Of a stretch of DNA of 64,000 nt, positions 47,805 through 57,586 are shown one piece after another; the first letter of the stretch is position 1; each line of letters starts with the position of its first letter. Origin of the DNA: an uncultured delta proteobacterium (GTDB taxonomy: Bacteria > Bdellovibrionota > FAC87 > UBA2466); assembly GCA_963778115.1 (NCBI GenBank), contig CAVZSV010000004.1, positions 864,001 through 928,000 of the forward strand, in the 5' to 3' direction. The position numbers and the translations under genes are program-made. The notes beneath the pieces are model-generated. The model saw nothing but the letters and a program-made list of their open reading frames with translations. It did not search any database and was not told the DNA's origin.

Positions 47805-48799
47805 TGCTGGGATTGGCACTGCCGCAGCCATTGCACGAAAAGGCTAACTCCCTCTTCGATGGAAATGCGCGGCCGATATCCCAGCACCGACTGACTCTTA
47901 GCGACGTCAGCGTAAGTTCTCTCGACATCACCGGGCTGACGTTCTTTCCAATCCACTTTTGCTTTCTTTCCCAAAGCCTTTTCGATCAATTCGACTAACC
48001 GACTAAGCGAAATCGGGTTGGACCCTCCCAAATTAAACGTCTCGCAACAGGGAGCTTCTTTTGTCACTGCCCATTTTTCTGCGGCCAAAACTCCATCAAC
48101 GATATCCGATACGAAAGTGTAGTCTCTCGAAGTCGAGCCGTCGCCGAACAGTTCAATCGCGCTTGCTTTTTCAATCAGTTTTGAGAATTTGTGAATCGCA
48201 AGATCGGGGCGTTGGCGGGGGCCATAAACGGTAAAGAATCGAAGGATCGCTATGTGCATCTCGTAGAGATGGGAGTAGGTATGACAAATCAGCTCCGCAC
48301 TCCGCTTACTGGCGGCATAGGGAGAGATGGGTTTGGCGGCATTACTATCTTCTCGAAAAGGAACAGGCGTATCGTCTCCGTAAACGGATGAGGAAGAGCC
48401 CAGAATAAAAGACTTTACTGCTAACTCGCGACAAATCTCTAGCAGACGCAAGGTGCCAGTGACATTGACTCGAAAATACCCGGTAGGATCACTTAACGAA
48501 GGGCGAACTCCCGCTTTTCCCGCAAGATGGACCATCGAAGAGAGAGAGAATTTCTTAAGATCATCGGCAGTGAGATCCACGATATCTACGGGTAAAAAAT
48601 GAAACTGTGATTGGGCCAGCCTGGCAGTTTCCGTGACCGCTTTGAGGTTTTTCTCTTTGTCGGCCTTTGCATAAAACGGATCAAAATTGTCTACGCCAAC
48701 TACGTTTCTTCCTTCACGAAGTAAGGCTTCCGCCGTGTGAGATCCAATAAAACCCGCAGCACCGGTGACGAGCACCCATTTTTCAGTCATTGCGGACAC
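47801..48799 (-). CDS. NAD-dependent epimerase (UDP-glucuronate 4-epimerase type)
   Basis: TGAAGFIGS, AGVRPS, SSSSVYG, PISPYAASK, RFFTVYGPRQRPDLA, QPGDV. Confidence 0.9.
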   Translation of the reverse strand: MSAMTEKWVLVTGAAGFIGSHTAEALLREGRNVVGVDNFDPFYAKADKEKNLKAVTETARLAQSQFHFLPVDIVDLTADDLKKFSLSSMVHLAGKAGVRPSLSDPTGYFRVNVTGTLRLLEICRELAVKSFILGSSSSVYGDDTPVPFREDSNAAKPISPYAASKRSAELICHTYSHLYEMHIAILRFFTVYGPRQRPDLAIHKFSKLIEKASAIELFGDGSTSRDYTFVSDIVDGVLAAEKWAVTKEAPCCETFNLGGSNPISLSRLVELIEKALGKKAKVDWKERQPGDVERTYADVAKSQSVLGYRPRISIEEGVSLFVQWLRQCQSQQ

Positions 48800-50693
48800 G
48801 ATGAATCTTCTCCTTATTCATCCAATGATCGAGAACTAAAAACGCCCAAAGAGTCTTCGAATGGTCTTCCCGCTGTTCCATGAACCTAACGTACGACTGC
48901 TGAAAACAGTCTCGAGAAACTCCGGGACAGTCCCAAAGGGCACTATGCTTCCAGGAACTGCGCAATCGTTCTAGTAAAGGCTTTTGGAGCCAGCGCGCTA
49001 AGGGAATTCCAAACCCCTTTTTTGAGCGGTGTAAGATCGACTCGGGGAGTTTGCCTCTGGCTGCCCCTTTCAGCAAGTATTTTCCCGTCCCGTTCCGACG
49101 CTTCCATTCGTAAGGAACGGAGAAACTCCATCGGATGACTTGCGTATCCAAAAAGGGGGGACGCACTTCGAGTCCGCGGGCCATCGAAGCCCTGTCGACT
49201 TTGGTAAGGACAGAGCCTGGCATATAAGTGGAAAAATCAAGGGCCAGTAATGAATTTCCAGAATCTGCGAAAAGCGGCTTAGCGTTTTGAAAAACGCTGG
49301 GCTCTATTTTAAGGCCCGGAAACAACCCTTGGACCAACGGCAAATCAGTTGCCGACATCCAGCGAAGATGCCGACGGTACTTATCCTTATCCCAGCGCTG
49401 GATAAATCGTTTCGCTTTCCATTCGAAACTTTGGTAACGCAAATTAAGAGGCAGTTTCGATACGGAGGGACGGATAAGACCTCGGTGAAAAGGGGGCGGA
49501 ATCACTTGATAAGCTTTGGCCCATTCTTGGGCTTTGTAAGTAGGATAACCCGCCCAAAGTTCATCCCCCCCATCGCCCCCTAGGACCACCTTTACGTGAC
49601 GTGCGGCTAAACGTGAGAGGCAATACGTCGGAAGTATCGATGGATCTCCCATCGGTTCATCAAGACTATTCAACGCCTCGTCTAGCGTTTCCATCATCGC
49701 CTGCTCGCTCAATGTTTCAACGATGTGTTCGGTCCCGAGTTTTTCGGCCACCATTTTGGCATATTGACTTTCATCGTAATCTTTATCTTCAAAGGCTATC
49801 GTAAAAGTCTTAATCGGATTTTTCCCGCGAAGCTTTTGGGCGAGCGTTGCCACAATGGAAGAATCGATTCCCCCACTGAGAAAGACTCCCACCGGAACAT
49901 CGGCGATAAGTTGACGTTCCACCGCATTTTCGAGGTGTCTCCACAGTTTCTCTTCGAGCGAAGACTCGTTAGTGTCTTTTTCGATCTCTTTGGATGCTAA
50001 CTTCCAAAAAGGTTTGGGTTGCGATAGCTCCCCCGCGCGCCAAGTAAAGAAATGTCCGGGAAGAAGTTTAAACACTCCACTGAGAATGGTTTCCGGGGGC
50101 TGAACATAATCGGAAAAGAAAAAACTCGCCAGCGAATTTATCGACATTTCCCGACAGACCAGAGGATGTTGGATGAGAGAGGTGAGTTCCGAGGCGAACG
50201 CAAGCCCTCCATTTGCCAATGGAGCAAAGTACAGCGGCTTGATTCCCGCATGGTCCCGAGCTATCAAAAGTTCCTGTCGCTTTTCGTTCCAGTAGGCAAA
50301 AGCAAACATCGCATTGAGCTCGTCCAAACCTCTCAATGGGGACTCCGCACGACTGGAGAGGTGGTGAAGAAGAACCTCTGTGTCGCTGTGAGTGCTGAAT
50401 CGGTACCCCTCATCGACTAAACGCGGCCTTAGGTCCAAAAAATTAAAGATCTCGCCGTTAAAAGTAATTTGAATCGTGCCATCATGATTACCTAGGGGCT
50501 GGCCCCCCCTTTCCAGATCAATGATGGAAAGCCGTCGGTGCCCTAACCTAACGGTCCAGCCCGAGTCGGTCTTTTTCTCCCATTGCCCGGAACCATCAGG
50601 ACCCCGGTGCTCGATACGTTTGAGCATGGCCGACAAAATCGGCGCTCCGGCATCTTTATCGGATCGTTGTACGAAGCCCGCTATTCCACACAT
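48783..50693 (-). CDS. asnB: Asparagine synthase-like glutamine amidotransferase (glycan-cluster type)
   Basis: MCGIAG, HRGPD, RLSIID, FNGEI, LSGGIDSS, DRASMA, KKGFGIP. Confidence 0.92.
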   Translation of the reverse strand: MCGIAGFVQRSDKDAGAPILSAMLKRIEHRGPDGSGQWEKKTDSGWTVRLGHRRLSIIDLERGGQPLGNHDGTIQITFNGEIFNFLDLRPRLVDEGYRFSTHSDTEVLLHHLSSRAESPLRGLDELNAMFAFAYWNEKRQELLIARDHAGIKPLYFAPLANGGLAFASELTSLIQHPLVCREMSINSLASFFFSDYVQPPETILSGVFKLLPGHFFTWRAGELSQPKPFWKLASKEIEKDTNESSLEEKLWRHLENAVERQLIADVPVGVFLSGGIDSSIVATLAQKLRGKNPIKTFTIAFEDKDYDESQYAKMVAEKLGTEHIVETLSEQAMMETLDEALNSLDEPMGDPSILPTYCLSRLAARHVKVVLGGDGGDELWAGYPTYKAQEWAKAYQVIPPPFHRGLIRPSVSKLPLNLRYQSFEWKAKRFIQRWDKDKYRRHLRWMSATDLPLVQGLFPGLKIEPSVFQNAKPLFADSGNSLLALDFSTYMPGSVLTKVDRASMARGLEVRPPFLDTQVIRWSFSVPYEWKRRNGTGKYLLKGAARGKLPESILHRSKKGFGIPLARWLQKPLLERLRSSWKHSALWDCPGVSRDCFQQSYVRFMEQREDHSKTLWAFLVLDHWMNKEKIHRVRND

Positions 50694-51721
50694 GGAGTTG
50701 TCGTCGCTTCCGACGTCGTAAGGACCGGTTCGCGATGGCTTTCACGCGGAAGAGTCACTTTCGACGACGCTAGGGGAAAACCCAAAGTTCTAAGGATGAG
50801 ATACGGCCGTTGCTGACTCGACTCGAAGTAGGTTCGAATAATAAGTTCTGAAATAATTCCCAGGGCGACGAATTGAATCCCCACGATGGCAAGAAAAACC
50901 GCAATGTTGAAAAGGGGATTTCGATGCACCCAAACCGCGAGAGCCAACTTTTCGTATAGGACGAAAGCGGCGATAAGGCCGCTCACGCCTAGCATCGCAA
51001 AACCGGTTCCGCCAAAAATGTAACTGGGCTTGGTGCGGTAGCGCTGCATAAACCACACGGTGGTCAGATCTAAAAGGACTTTTACCGTTCGAGAGAGGTT
51101 GTATTTGGATTGGCCCGACGTTCTGGGACGATGGTTGACGACCATTTCGCCCACCCTGGCCCCCATGCCCTCCATTAAAATTCCGATAAACCGGTGCATC
51201 TCTCCGTAAAGACGAAGTTCATTGGAAAGTTCCCTGCGGTACGCTTTCAAGGAGCAGCCCAGATCGTGAATACTGGTCTTCATCACCCAACGAATTAATC
51301 CGTTAGCGATCCGCGAAGGAAAAGTTCTTAGGACAAAGCCGTCTTTTCGATTAAGCCGCCAGCCCGCGACAAAGTCGTATCCCTGATCGATCATCTTGAG
51401 CATTAGGGGTATGTCGTTGGGATCGTTCTGTCTGTCGGAATCCATCGTAATGATGATGTCGCCGGAAGCGTGAGAAAAACCTGCGTCGAAAGCTGCCGTC
51501 TGGCCGTAATTACGCCGAAAAAGGACTACCTTTAGATAGTGCTTGGTACGCGAGAGCTCTGCCAAAATTTCACGGCTGCGATCGGTGCTCCCGTCGTCCA
51601 CGGCGATGACTTCAAAAGAGTGCTTTAGAGGCGTTAACGCCTCCTCCAGCTCTTCTAGCAAGGGCACGATATTGCCCTCTTCATTATAGATAGGAAGTAG
51701 GATGGATAGCTTTGGGTTCAT
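50681..51721 (-). CDS. GT2 glycosyltransferase, ArnC/polyprenol-phosphate sugar synthase-like
   Basis: PIYNE, VDDGSTD, RNYGQTAA, MDSD, LYGEMHRF; two C-terminal TMs. Confidence 0.9.
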   Translation of the reverse strand: MNPKLSILLPIYNEEGNIVPLLEELEEALTPLKHSFEVIAVDDGSTDRSREILAELSRTKHYLKVVLFRRNYGQTAAFDAGFSHASGDIIITMDSDRQNDPNDIPLMLKMIDQGYDFVAGWRLNRKDGFVLRTFPSRIANGLIRWVMKTSIHDLGCSLKAYRRELSNELRLYGEMHRFIGILMEGMGARVGEMVVNHRPRTSGQSKYNLSRTVKVLLDLTTVWFMQRYRTKPSYIFGGTGFAMLGVSGLIAAFVLYEKLALAVWVHRNPLFNIAVFLAIVGIQFVALGIISELIIRTYFESSQQRPYLILRTLGFPLASSKVTLPRESHREPVLTTSEATTTPCVE

Positions 51722-51743
51722 TGCGGTACATCGTAAGCCATAT

Positions 51744-53297
51744 TCACCCCTGAATTCCAGGGATTAATATGACCGGCCCCAACCCCTTTCCAGGCCTCCC
51801 GGACTTAGACGGTAGAATCAAGTAGTTCACTTCGCCAGGGGGCGAAACAATAAGGAATTTTTGATGAAAAACCTCTTCCAGCAGGGCCTGATAGGCCAAT
51901 TTGCTGCCTCCGCGAAAACCAAACGCAATTCCCATCGTAGGTTTCTGGGTTAACGCCCTGCTTAACGCCGGATCGGCTAGAATACTTTGAAGAACCTGGC
52001 GCTCCACGGCGACCCCGTTTCGGGCGTCCAATCCGTGAGAAAGACTGACCGAAGTTTCCAGTCCCCCCACACAAAAGACGGCGCACAGGAGGAGGCACCA
52101 GCGCCACTTTTCAGGGTCCTTTTGGGCCACTTGGAGAAACCGGGCGTAGATAAGGAAAAAGAAGGGCAGAAAAAACTGGATGTAGTGCGCGTAAAATAAT
52201 TTCTTCGCAACGGCCAGCAGGAGCATGTTGACTGCCAATCCTGTCAATATGGCGAGGCGAAAATCTTTAAACCGATCGGGGGCGGCCCTTTTTTGAAAAG
52301 AGGTGAGCACCGCCCAGCCGGCAAAGAAAAAAGAGGCGAGTGTTGCTAAAAACCGGAGCAACGAAAAGGGATGTTCGACGGTTCCCTGAAGTAGCGTCTT
52401 GATGGCCGTAATCTCTTTAAACTCTCCCCAATACCCCATCAGTTCATGAAAGGTAACGTCGAGGGTGAGAAAGCGAAAAGCGTAGAGGGGAACGCGGATA
52501 AACGACCAGCGCCAGTGACTTCCCCGGCCGTCCTCAAAATACGCCCAAAAATTAGAAAACCCCGTTCGGACTTCGTGGATGAAATAAGGAGCATAGGCCA
52601 AAGCTAAGAGACTAAGACCGGCCACAAGCCATTTTCGATTCCACGACTTTCTTGTCTTTGCCACCAAACACCATAGAGCCACCCAAACCACGGGAGCACT
52701 TAAATGAAACTGCGGATAAATTCCGGCGGCTAAGATTAGAATCGCGATGGCGCGAGAAGCGGGATCCTGTCTCACTCGCATGGCCGCCCAAAGGGCTACG
52801 ATGACGATGGCATTTAATAGGTTCCCGTTCCAGATGCGATCCGCATAAAGCAGACTCCACGGTGAAAAGCAGTATAGAGTTGCCGTCAGAAACGCCGGAA
52901 GTTCTCCAAAAGACGCGCGTAAGGAAAGCCAAAAAAGAACGATGGCGGCAGCGTTAAGCAAGGCAATCCACGCGTTAGCGGACTCAGGCGTGGGAGAGAC
53001 CCATTGGCTTACCGCCATCACGTAATAAAAGGTGGCTCCCGGATGGCGCAGTTTTCCGCCGCTCACGGAAGGACCCAACACAGGAAGGTCCTTTCCCTCG
53101 GCGATGTGCTTTGCCTCGACCCAAAAAAGAGCTTCGTCATCGGTAAAACGGGAGGTGGTACTGAGCCAAACACGAGGAAATGCCGCCATTAGGAAAAGGC
53201 CTAGCGCAATAGCCCAGAGCTGAAATCGAGAGAAAGAGGTCGTTGCCACAATGCCGGAATCGTAGAGGTTTTTCCTCTTCTTGTCATCGTTTAGCAT
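51744..53297 (-). CDS. ArnT/PMT-like GT-C membrane glycosyltransferase
   Basis: First loop FTDDEA, LGP, HPG..YY, RIWN, QFH; polytopic; start uncertain. Confidence 0.75.
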   Translation of the reverse strand: MLNDDKKRKNLYDSGIVATTSFSRFQLWAIALGLFLMAAFPRVWLSTTSRFTDDEALFWVEAKHIAEGKDLPVLGPSVSGGKLRHPGATFYYVMAVSQWVSPTPESANAWIALLNAAAIVLFWLSLRASFGELPAFLTATLYCFSPWSLLYADRIWNGNLLNAIVIVALWAAMRVRQDPASRAIAILILAAGIYPQFHLSAPVVWVALWCLVAKTRKSWNRKWLVAGLSLLALAYAPYFIHEVRTGFSNFWAYFEDGRGSHWRWSFIRVPLYAFRFLTLDVTFHELMGYWGEFKEITAIKTLLQGTVEHPFSLLRFLATLASFFFAGWAVLTSFQKRAAPDRFKDFRLAILTGLAVNMLLLAVAKKLFYAHYIQFFLPFFFLIYARFLQVAQKDPEKWRWCLLLCAVFCVGGLETSVSLSHGLDARNGVAVERQVLQSILADPALSRALTQKPTMGIAFGFRGGSKLAYQALLEEVFHQKFLIVSPPGEVNYLILPSKSGRPGKGLGPVILIPGIQG

Positions 53298-53360
53298 CCT
53301 ACTTGATTCAGAGCGTTAACCCCTCTATAGAAATAGCTAATTCGAAACGAGCGAGGACTA

Positions 53361-54512
53361 ATGAAGCGATCAAATGCGGCCGCGGTAACAGGTTTAATTC
53401 TTCTTATATCGGTGGGGGTTGCTTCAGGGGAACCCACCTTACAAGAGCTAGCCTCCCGTCTGCGAACCGTCCAACCCCTGACCTCCTTTTTTGAGGGACG
53501 TGGAAATGCTAAAGCGGCCCACACGGTTTTTGTCGGAAATTCGGAGATAGGAGCTCCCTTACACACCATAGATAGCTGGGATTATCTCAATTCCAAAGGA
53601 GCTATTATCCAGGGAGCTTGGCTTGAAACCGAACATACCGCACTTAGTCCCGGTGACGTCCGCGATTTCGTGGCCCTTTCGGAAGCGCGGGGCTATCCGG
53701 TAATCATTCGAATTCGCGAAAATTCACGCAGTCGATTAAAAGAATGGCTCGGGGTTGGACCGACGGGAGTTCTCGTTCCGCTAGTCTCGTACCCCGACGA
53801 TGTTAATACCGCCTTTGATTATAGTTTCTATGCCGCGAGACGGGACATCGGTTTTGAACCCCACACCGGCTATTTGACGCGAGCTTTGCCAAGAGATTTG
53901 TTAGCCCAAGACCAAAAAACCATTTTAGGATTCATGATCGAAACCGAAGATGCCGTTAATAATATCGAGTCCCTGGTAACCGTCGCAGGAACGCGAGCGG
54001 ATCAATTGGGAATTCCTAGATCACATATTGTCTTCTGGTGGGGCCCTTATGATAAAACGTGGGATGCTACCCGGCAGATGGCTCGCCCCCTCCAAATTCA
54101 AGGTCCGCTAACGCTGGGTAGGTGGGAGCATCTTTATGAGACGGCCGATTCCCAAAAGGAAACTGACTTCGCGAAAGTCGCAAGGACTGTCCATGATTTC
54201 CGATTCACCATGGGGGGACACGTCAATAACCTGAGATTAGCACAATCCCGAATCGAGGATCACCACTGCCGAGTGTTCACCATACCGGGAATTCAGACCA
54301 CCGTAACCACAGGCCCTTCGCTCAGAGAGATGTTTCTCTCTGCTGAAGCAAAACCTCACTTGGATTGGCTCCAGCAGCAACCCACTTTCACGCCAGATGA
54401 AAATAAAGAGCTCGTCTCGATCATGGAACGCCTCGGTGGCTTGTGCGGCTATAGCGTCCAAAAGCAAAATCCAACCGTAGTTTCAAGCCAGACGCACGAT
54501 TCCAGACCGTAA
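53361..54512 (+). CDS. Divergent HpcH/HpaI aldolase-like protein with signal peptide
   Basis: WLETEH, GVLVPLV, FMIETEDAVNNIE and GPYD motifs. Confidence 0.65.
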   Translation: MKRSNAAAVTGLILLISVGVASGEPTLQELASRLRTVQPLTSFFEGRGNAKAAHTVFVGNSEIGAPLHTIDSWDYLNSKGAIIQGAWLETEHTALSPGDVRDFVALSEARGYPVIIRIRENSRSRLKEWLGVGPTGVLVPLVSYPDDVNTAFDYSFYAARRDIGFEPHTGYLTRALPRDLLAQDQKTILGFMIETEDAVNNIESLVTVAGTRADQLGIPRSHIVFWWGPYDKTWDATRQMARPLQIQGPLTLGRWEHLYETADSQKETDFAKVARTVHDFRFTMGGHVNNLRLAQSRIEDHHCRVFTIPGIQTTVTTGPSLREMFLSAEAKPHLDWLQQQPTFTPDENKELVSIMERLGGLCGYSVQKQNPTVVSSQTHDSRP

Positions 54513-54559
54513 TTAGAAACCGCCTTGAAACAGCGCTTTAGCCTCATTATGATGGCTAG

Positions 54560-55534
54560 ATGATTTTAGTTACTGGCGGTGCTGGTTACATTGGCTCTCA
54601 CACCCTTCACCAACTCATCGAGGCCAAACTTCCCTGTGTCGTTTTAGACAATCTCTACTCAGGCCATCGTTGGGCCGTTCCCGATTCCGTTCCTTTTGTC
54701 GAAGGAAATACGGGAGACATCAAGATCGTTAGTGAGCTAATTAAGCAATACCAGGTCGAGTCGGTCATCCACTTCGCCGCCCATCTTGAAGTAGAAGAAT
54801 CGACGCGAGAGCCACTCAAGTACTACCGAAATAATTTTGTAAACTCGATGAACCTTATCGAGACTTGCGACAAACTGGGGGTAAAGCACTTTGTCTTTTC
54901 TTCCACCTGCGCCGTGTATGGAACCCCTGACAAAAATCCAGTCTCCGAAGCTTTTCCCGTAGCGCCCGTTAGTCCCTATGGAAAATCAAAACTTGAAACG
55001 GAATGGCTTCTTGAGGACATGGGAATCGCGGGATCTAAGATGCGGTTTGCTTCCCTTCGTTATTTTAATGTCGCTGGAGCCAAAGTTTCAGGAGGTCTTG
55101 GTCAAGCAACCGCCCGTGCCACCCAGCTCATTAAAGTCGCTTGCGAAGTCGCTTTGGGAAAAAGAGAGAAGTTACTACTTTATGGAACCGACTACCCCAC
55201 ACTCGACGGCACGTGCCTTAGAGATTACATCCATGTCGACGATCTAGCCGAACTTCACGGACTAGCGCTAAAGTACTTACAAGCGGGAGGCAGCTCTCAG
55301 ATTTTCAATTGTGGATACGGCAAAGGCTATTCCGTAAAAGAGGTCATCGATTCCGTGAAGCGAATGAGTGGAGTTAATTTCAAAGTAGAAGAGGTCCCGA
55401 GACGTGCCGGAGATGCAGGTGCCATCTATGCCGATCCCACGAAAGTCATTAAAGCGCTTCACTGGAAGCCAAAATATGCTGATTTAGATCTGATTTGCAG
55501 AACGTCTTTAGAATGGGAAAAAACTCGCCCGTAA
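54560..55534 (+). CDS. galE: UDP-glucose 4-epimerase
   Basis: TGGAGYIGSH, PLKYY.NN, YGKSK, LRYFNVAGA, DGTCLRDYIHV. Confidence 0.96.
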   Translation: MILVTGGAGYIGSHTLHQLIEAKLPCVVLDNLYSGHRWAVPDSVPFVEGNTGDIKIVSELIKQYQVESVIHFAAHLEVEESTREPLKYYRNNFVNSMNLIETCDKLGVKHFVFSSTCAVYGTPDKNPVSEAFPVAPVSPYGKSKLETEWLLEDMGIAGSKMRFASLRYFNVAGAKVSGGLGQATARATQLIKVACEVALGKREKLLLYGTDYPTLDGTCLRDYIHVDDLAELHGLALKYLQAGGSSQIFNCGYGKGYSVKEVIDSVKRMSGVNFKVEEVPRRAGDAGAIYADPTKVIKALHWKPKYADLDLICRTSLEWEKTRP

Positions 55535-55538
55535 TGAG

Positions 55539-56405
55539 TTAGGGCATCGTCCCGCCCCTAAATCCACCGCCACTAGAAGCCCCCACGGTAGGACCGGCGC
55601 CCTCCATTAGTGGACTGCGGTGCGATACCTCTCGTTTGCAATCACTCTTCACAAATCTGGACCACTCCCCATCGCTTAACGGATCGCCCAAGTGAGACAA
55701 TACGGGTTGTTGCGTCTGCAAATGGTCTAGTAGATCGTAAAAAGACAAAGCTGCATGACCATTAACCACGGAGAAAGAGACAGGAGGTTGTCTCGGTCCG
55801 ATCCGAAAAAAATAAACACTACTTGGAGCAATCTCCATTCGAGATATCCCGAAGCGCCCTTCAGTCGACAATCTGAGATTGGTATCCATGGTCTGCTCGA
55901 TCACCCGTTGAGCGGGATTCACGGGTAGCCATGCTCGATCACTCAAGAATATTTTTAGTGGTTCACCACGTGCCGCTCGAACCCCGCCGATATGCAACGC
56001 CGGGAGCTTTCCATTATCTAGAGCAGTGCCAGGAACGGCGGAATCCAAGTGCTTAATCATTCCGGGAGTAGTCAGAGTCGCGTCAGTCAGTCTGCCGCTA
56101 TCATCCCAAGACAATTGAACCGGAAAGGCACGAGTGACCGATATTTCTAGTAACGACAGGAACAGAGCTTCATCAGGATCGGTTCGGGAAAGGCATAGGC
56201 GAAATAAAGGGTTCTCTTCGATAGAACCGGCGAGTATTTGCTCGAAAACCACGGACGAACCCGTAGGGCACTCGGAGTTTCGCTCCATAAGACGTGCTTT
56301 GCCCTGAAGCTCACGGCGAGCCCCGACTAAGTAGCTACTGACAGCGTCGGCCGCCCAAGACGACGACGTTACGAGCGCAAAAAACAACACCATGCGACAA
56401 ATCAA
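55539..56405 (-). CDS. Hypothetical secreted protein
   Basis: Signal peptide ending SSWA; 288-aa ORF. Confidence 0.6.
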   Translation of the reverse strand: MICRMVLFFALVTSSSWAADAVSSYLVGARRELQGKARLMERNSECPTGSSVVFEQILAGSIEENPLFRLCLSRTDPDEALFLSLLEISVTRAFPVQLSWDDSGRLTDATLTTPGMIKHLDSAVPGTALDNGKLPALHIGGVRAARGEPLKIFLSDRAWLPVNPAQRVIEQTMDTNLRLSTEGRFGISRMEIAPSSVYFFRIGPRQPPVSFSVVNGHAALSFYDLLDHLQTQQPVLSHLGDPLSDGEWSRFVKSDCKREVSHRSPLMEGAGPTVGASSGGGFRGGTMP

Positions 56406-56512
56406 AATAAGTCACCCCACCGCGACTACCATTTAAATTAGTGACGCAACATACCATAAACCAAAAGAGTCACAACGCTGGATTATTAACTCATTGTATA
56501 TATTTAGAAAAA

Positions 56513-57511
56513 TTACTGGAATTCTGCCGCTCTCCGCGTATTTGCAGGAAACAAAATCTCTACCACACAATCCAATAACCGCTCGCTAATCCCCTCCGCG
56601 ACGAAGTTACTGGCAAGCGTTTGGCCTACGCCGCGAGACAATGCCGCCGCTAGAGGCTGGGCGACTTCATTGGGAAGTTTAGGAGAGGCCCTAAGATGAC
56701 TTACCATAGCTTCAAGTGTCGGAAATAAAAGACGCGGGCGACGATCGAGCTCCTTCGCCGCTTGGAGGGCGCCTGCTTCCCACGCTAGCATCTGTATCAG
56801 TGCTTCTTCCGAGAGAGCGCCAAGCCGCAGGATCTCGTCCTCTGAGGGAGGAGACTCTCCGAGAAAACGTCGGATCACATCTTCAATCTCGTCTGGAGTA
56901 ACTCTTACCAACTGACTTCTGTGAGTAGTGGGCGAAGCTGGTCTGGCCTCCAATTGAACCCCAGCTAAGATGCCGGGCATTACCATATTCAGATCGGCAT
57001 CGGGCGAATCGTGCGCCATCTCCTTAAGCGCTCTTATCAAATCTCTCACGTCATATGCACTCGGATCCTTATTAGTTCGTGTGCTTCGTGTGCTCATTAG
57101 GTTATTGATGAGAGTATAGTTATTTCTTAGCGCTTCGGAATTCTTCCTTAGGATCTCATTTGCGCGCTCACTTCCCAGCACGTAATCCAAAGCGATGAAA
57201 CGAGCCGCCGTAATTTCGTAACTCAATTGTGCAAAGCTCGCGACATTCTTGAGAGTGCCCTCAGCTCCTCTTAAACAACCGGTTCCTACCGCTTTTTCAT
57301 ACAACGCGACAAGAGCCGCCACATCTCTAAGCTTCACTCGTGGTTTCTTCTGATATGCGTTGCGGATTTTTTCGCGAAAAGCGATGGTGTTAAGGCTAGA
57401 GACATTCACAAGAAATAGCTCGATCGCTTCCAGTTCGTAGCCAACGGCACTCTTGGAGAAACCGCTGCAGACGATGAGAAAAACTAACAACCAATAGGTT
57501 AGGCGCTTCAT
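56513..57511 (-). CDS. Hypothetical secreted helical protein
   Basis: Signal peptide; 332-aa ORF. Confidence 0.65.
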   Translation of the reverse strand: MKRLTYWLLVFLIVCSGFSKSAVGYELEAIELFLVNVSSLNTIAFREKIRNAYQKKPRVKLRDVAALVALYEKAVGTGCLRGAEGTLKNVASFAQLSYEITAARFIALDYVLGSERANEILRKNSEALRNNYTLINNLMSTRSTRTNKDPSAYDVRDLIRALKEMAHDSPDADLNMVMPGILAGVQLEARPASPTTHRSQLVRVTPDEIEDVIRRFLGESPPSEDEILRLGALSEEALIQMLAWEAGALQAAKELDRRPRLLFPTLEAMVSHLRASPKLPNEVAQPLAAALSRGVGQTLASNFVAEGISERLLDCVVEILFPANTRRAAEFQ

Positions 57512-57586
57512 GAGGAACGCAATCTAGCCACTTAATCGCCTGCGATCAATACCATTAAGCTTTTCTTTAATATTACAGGTGAATTT

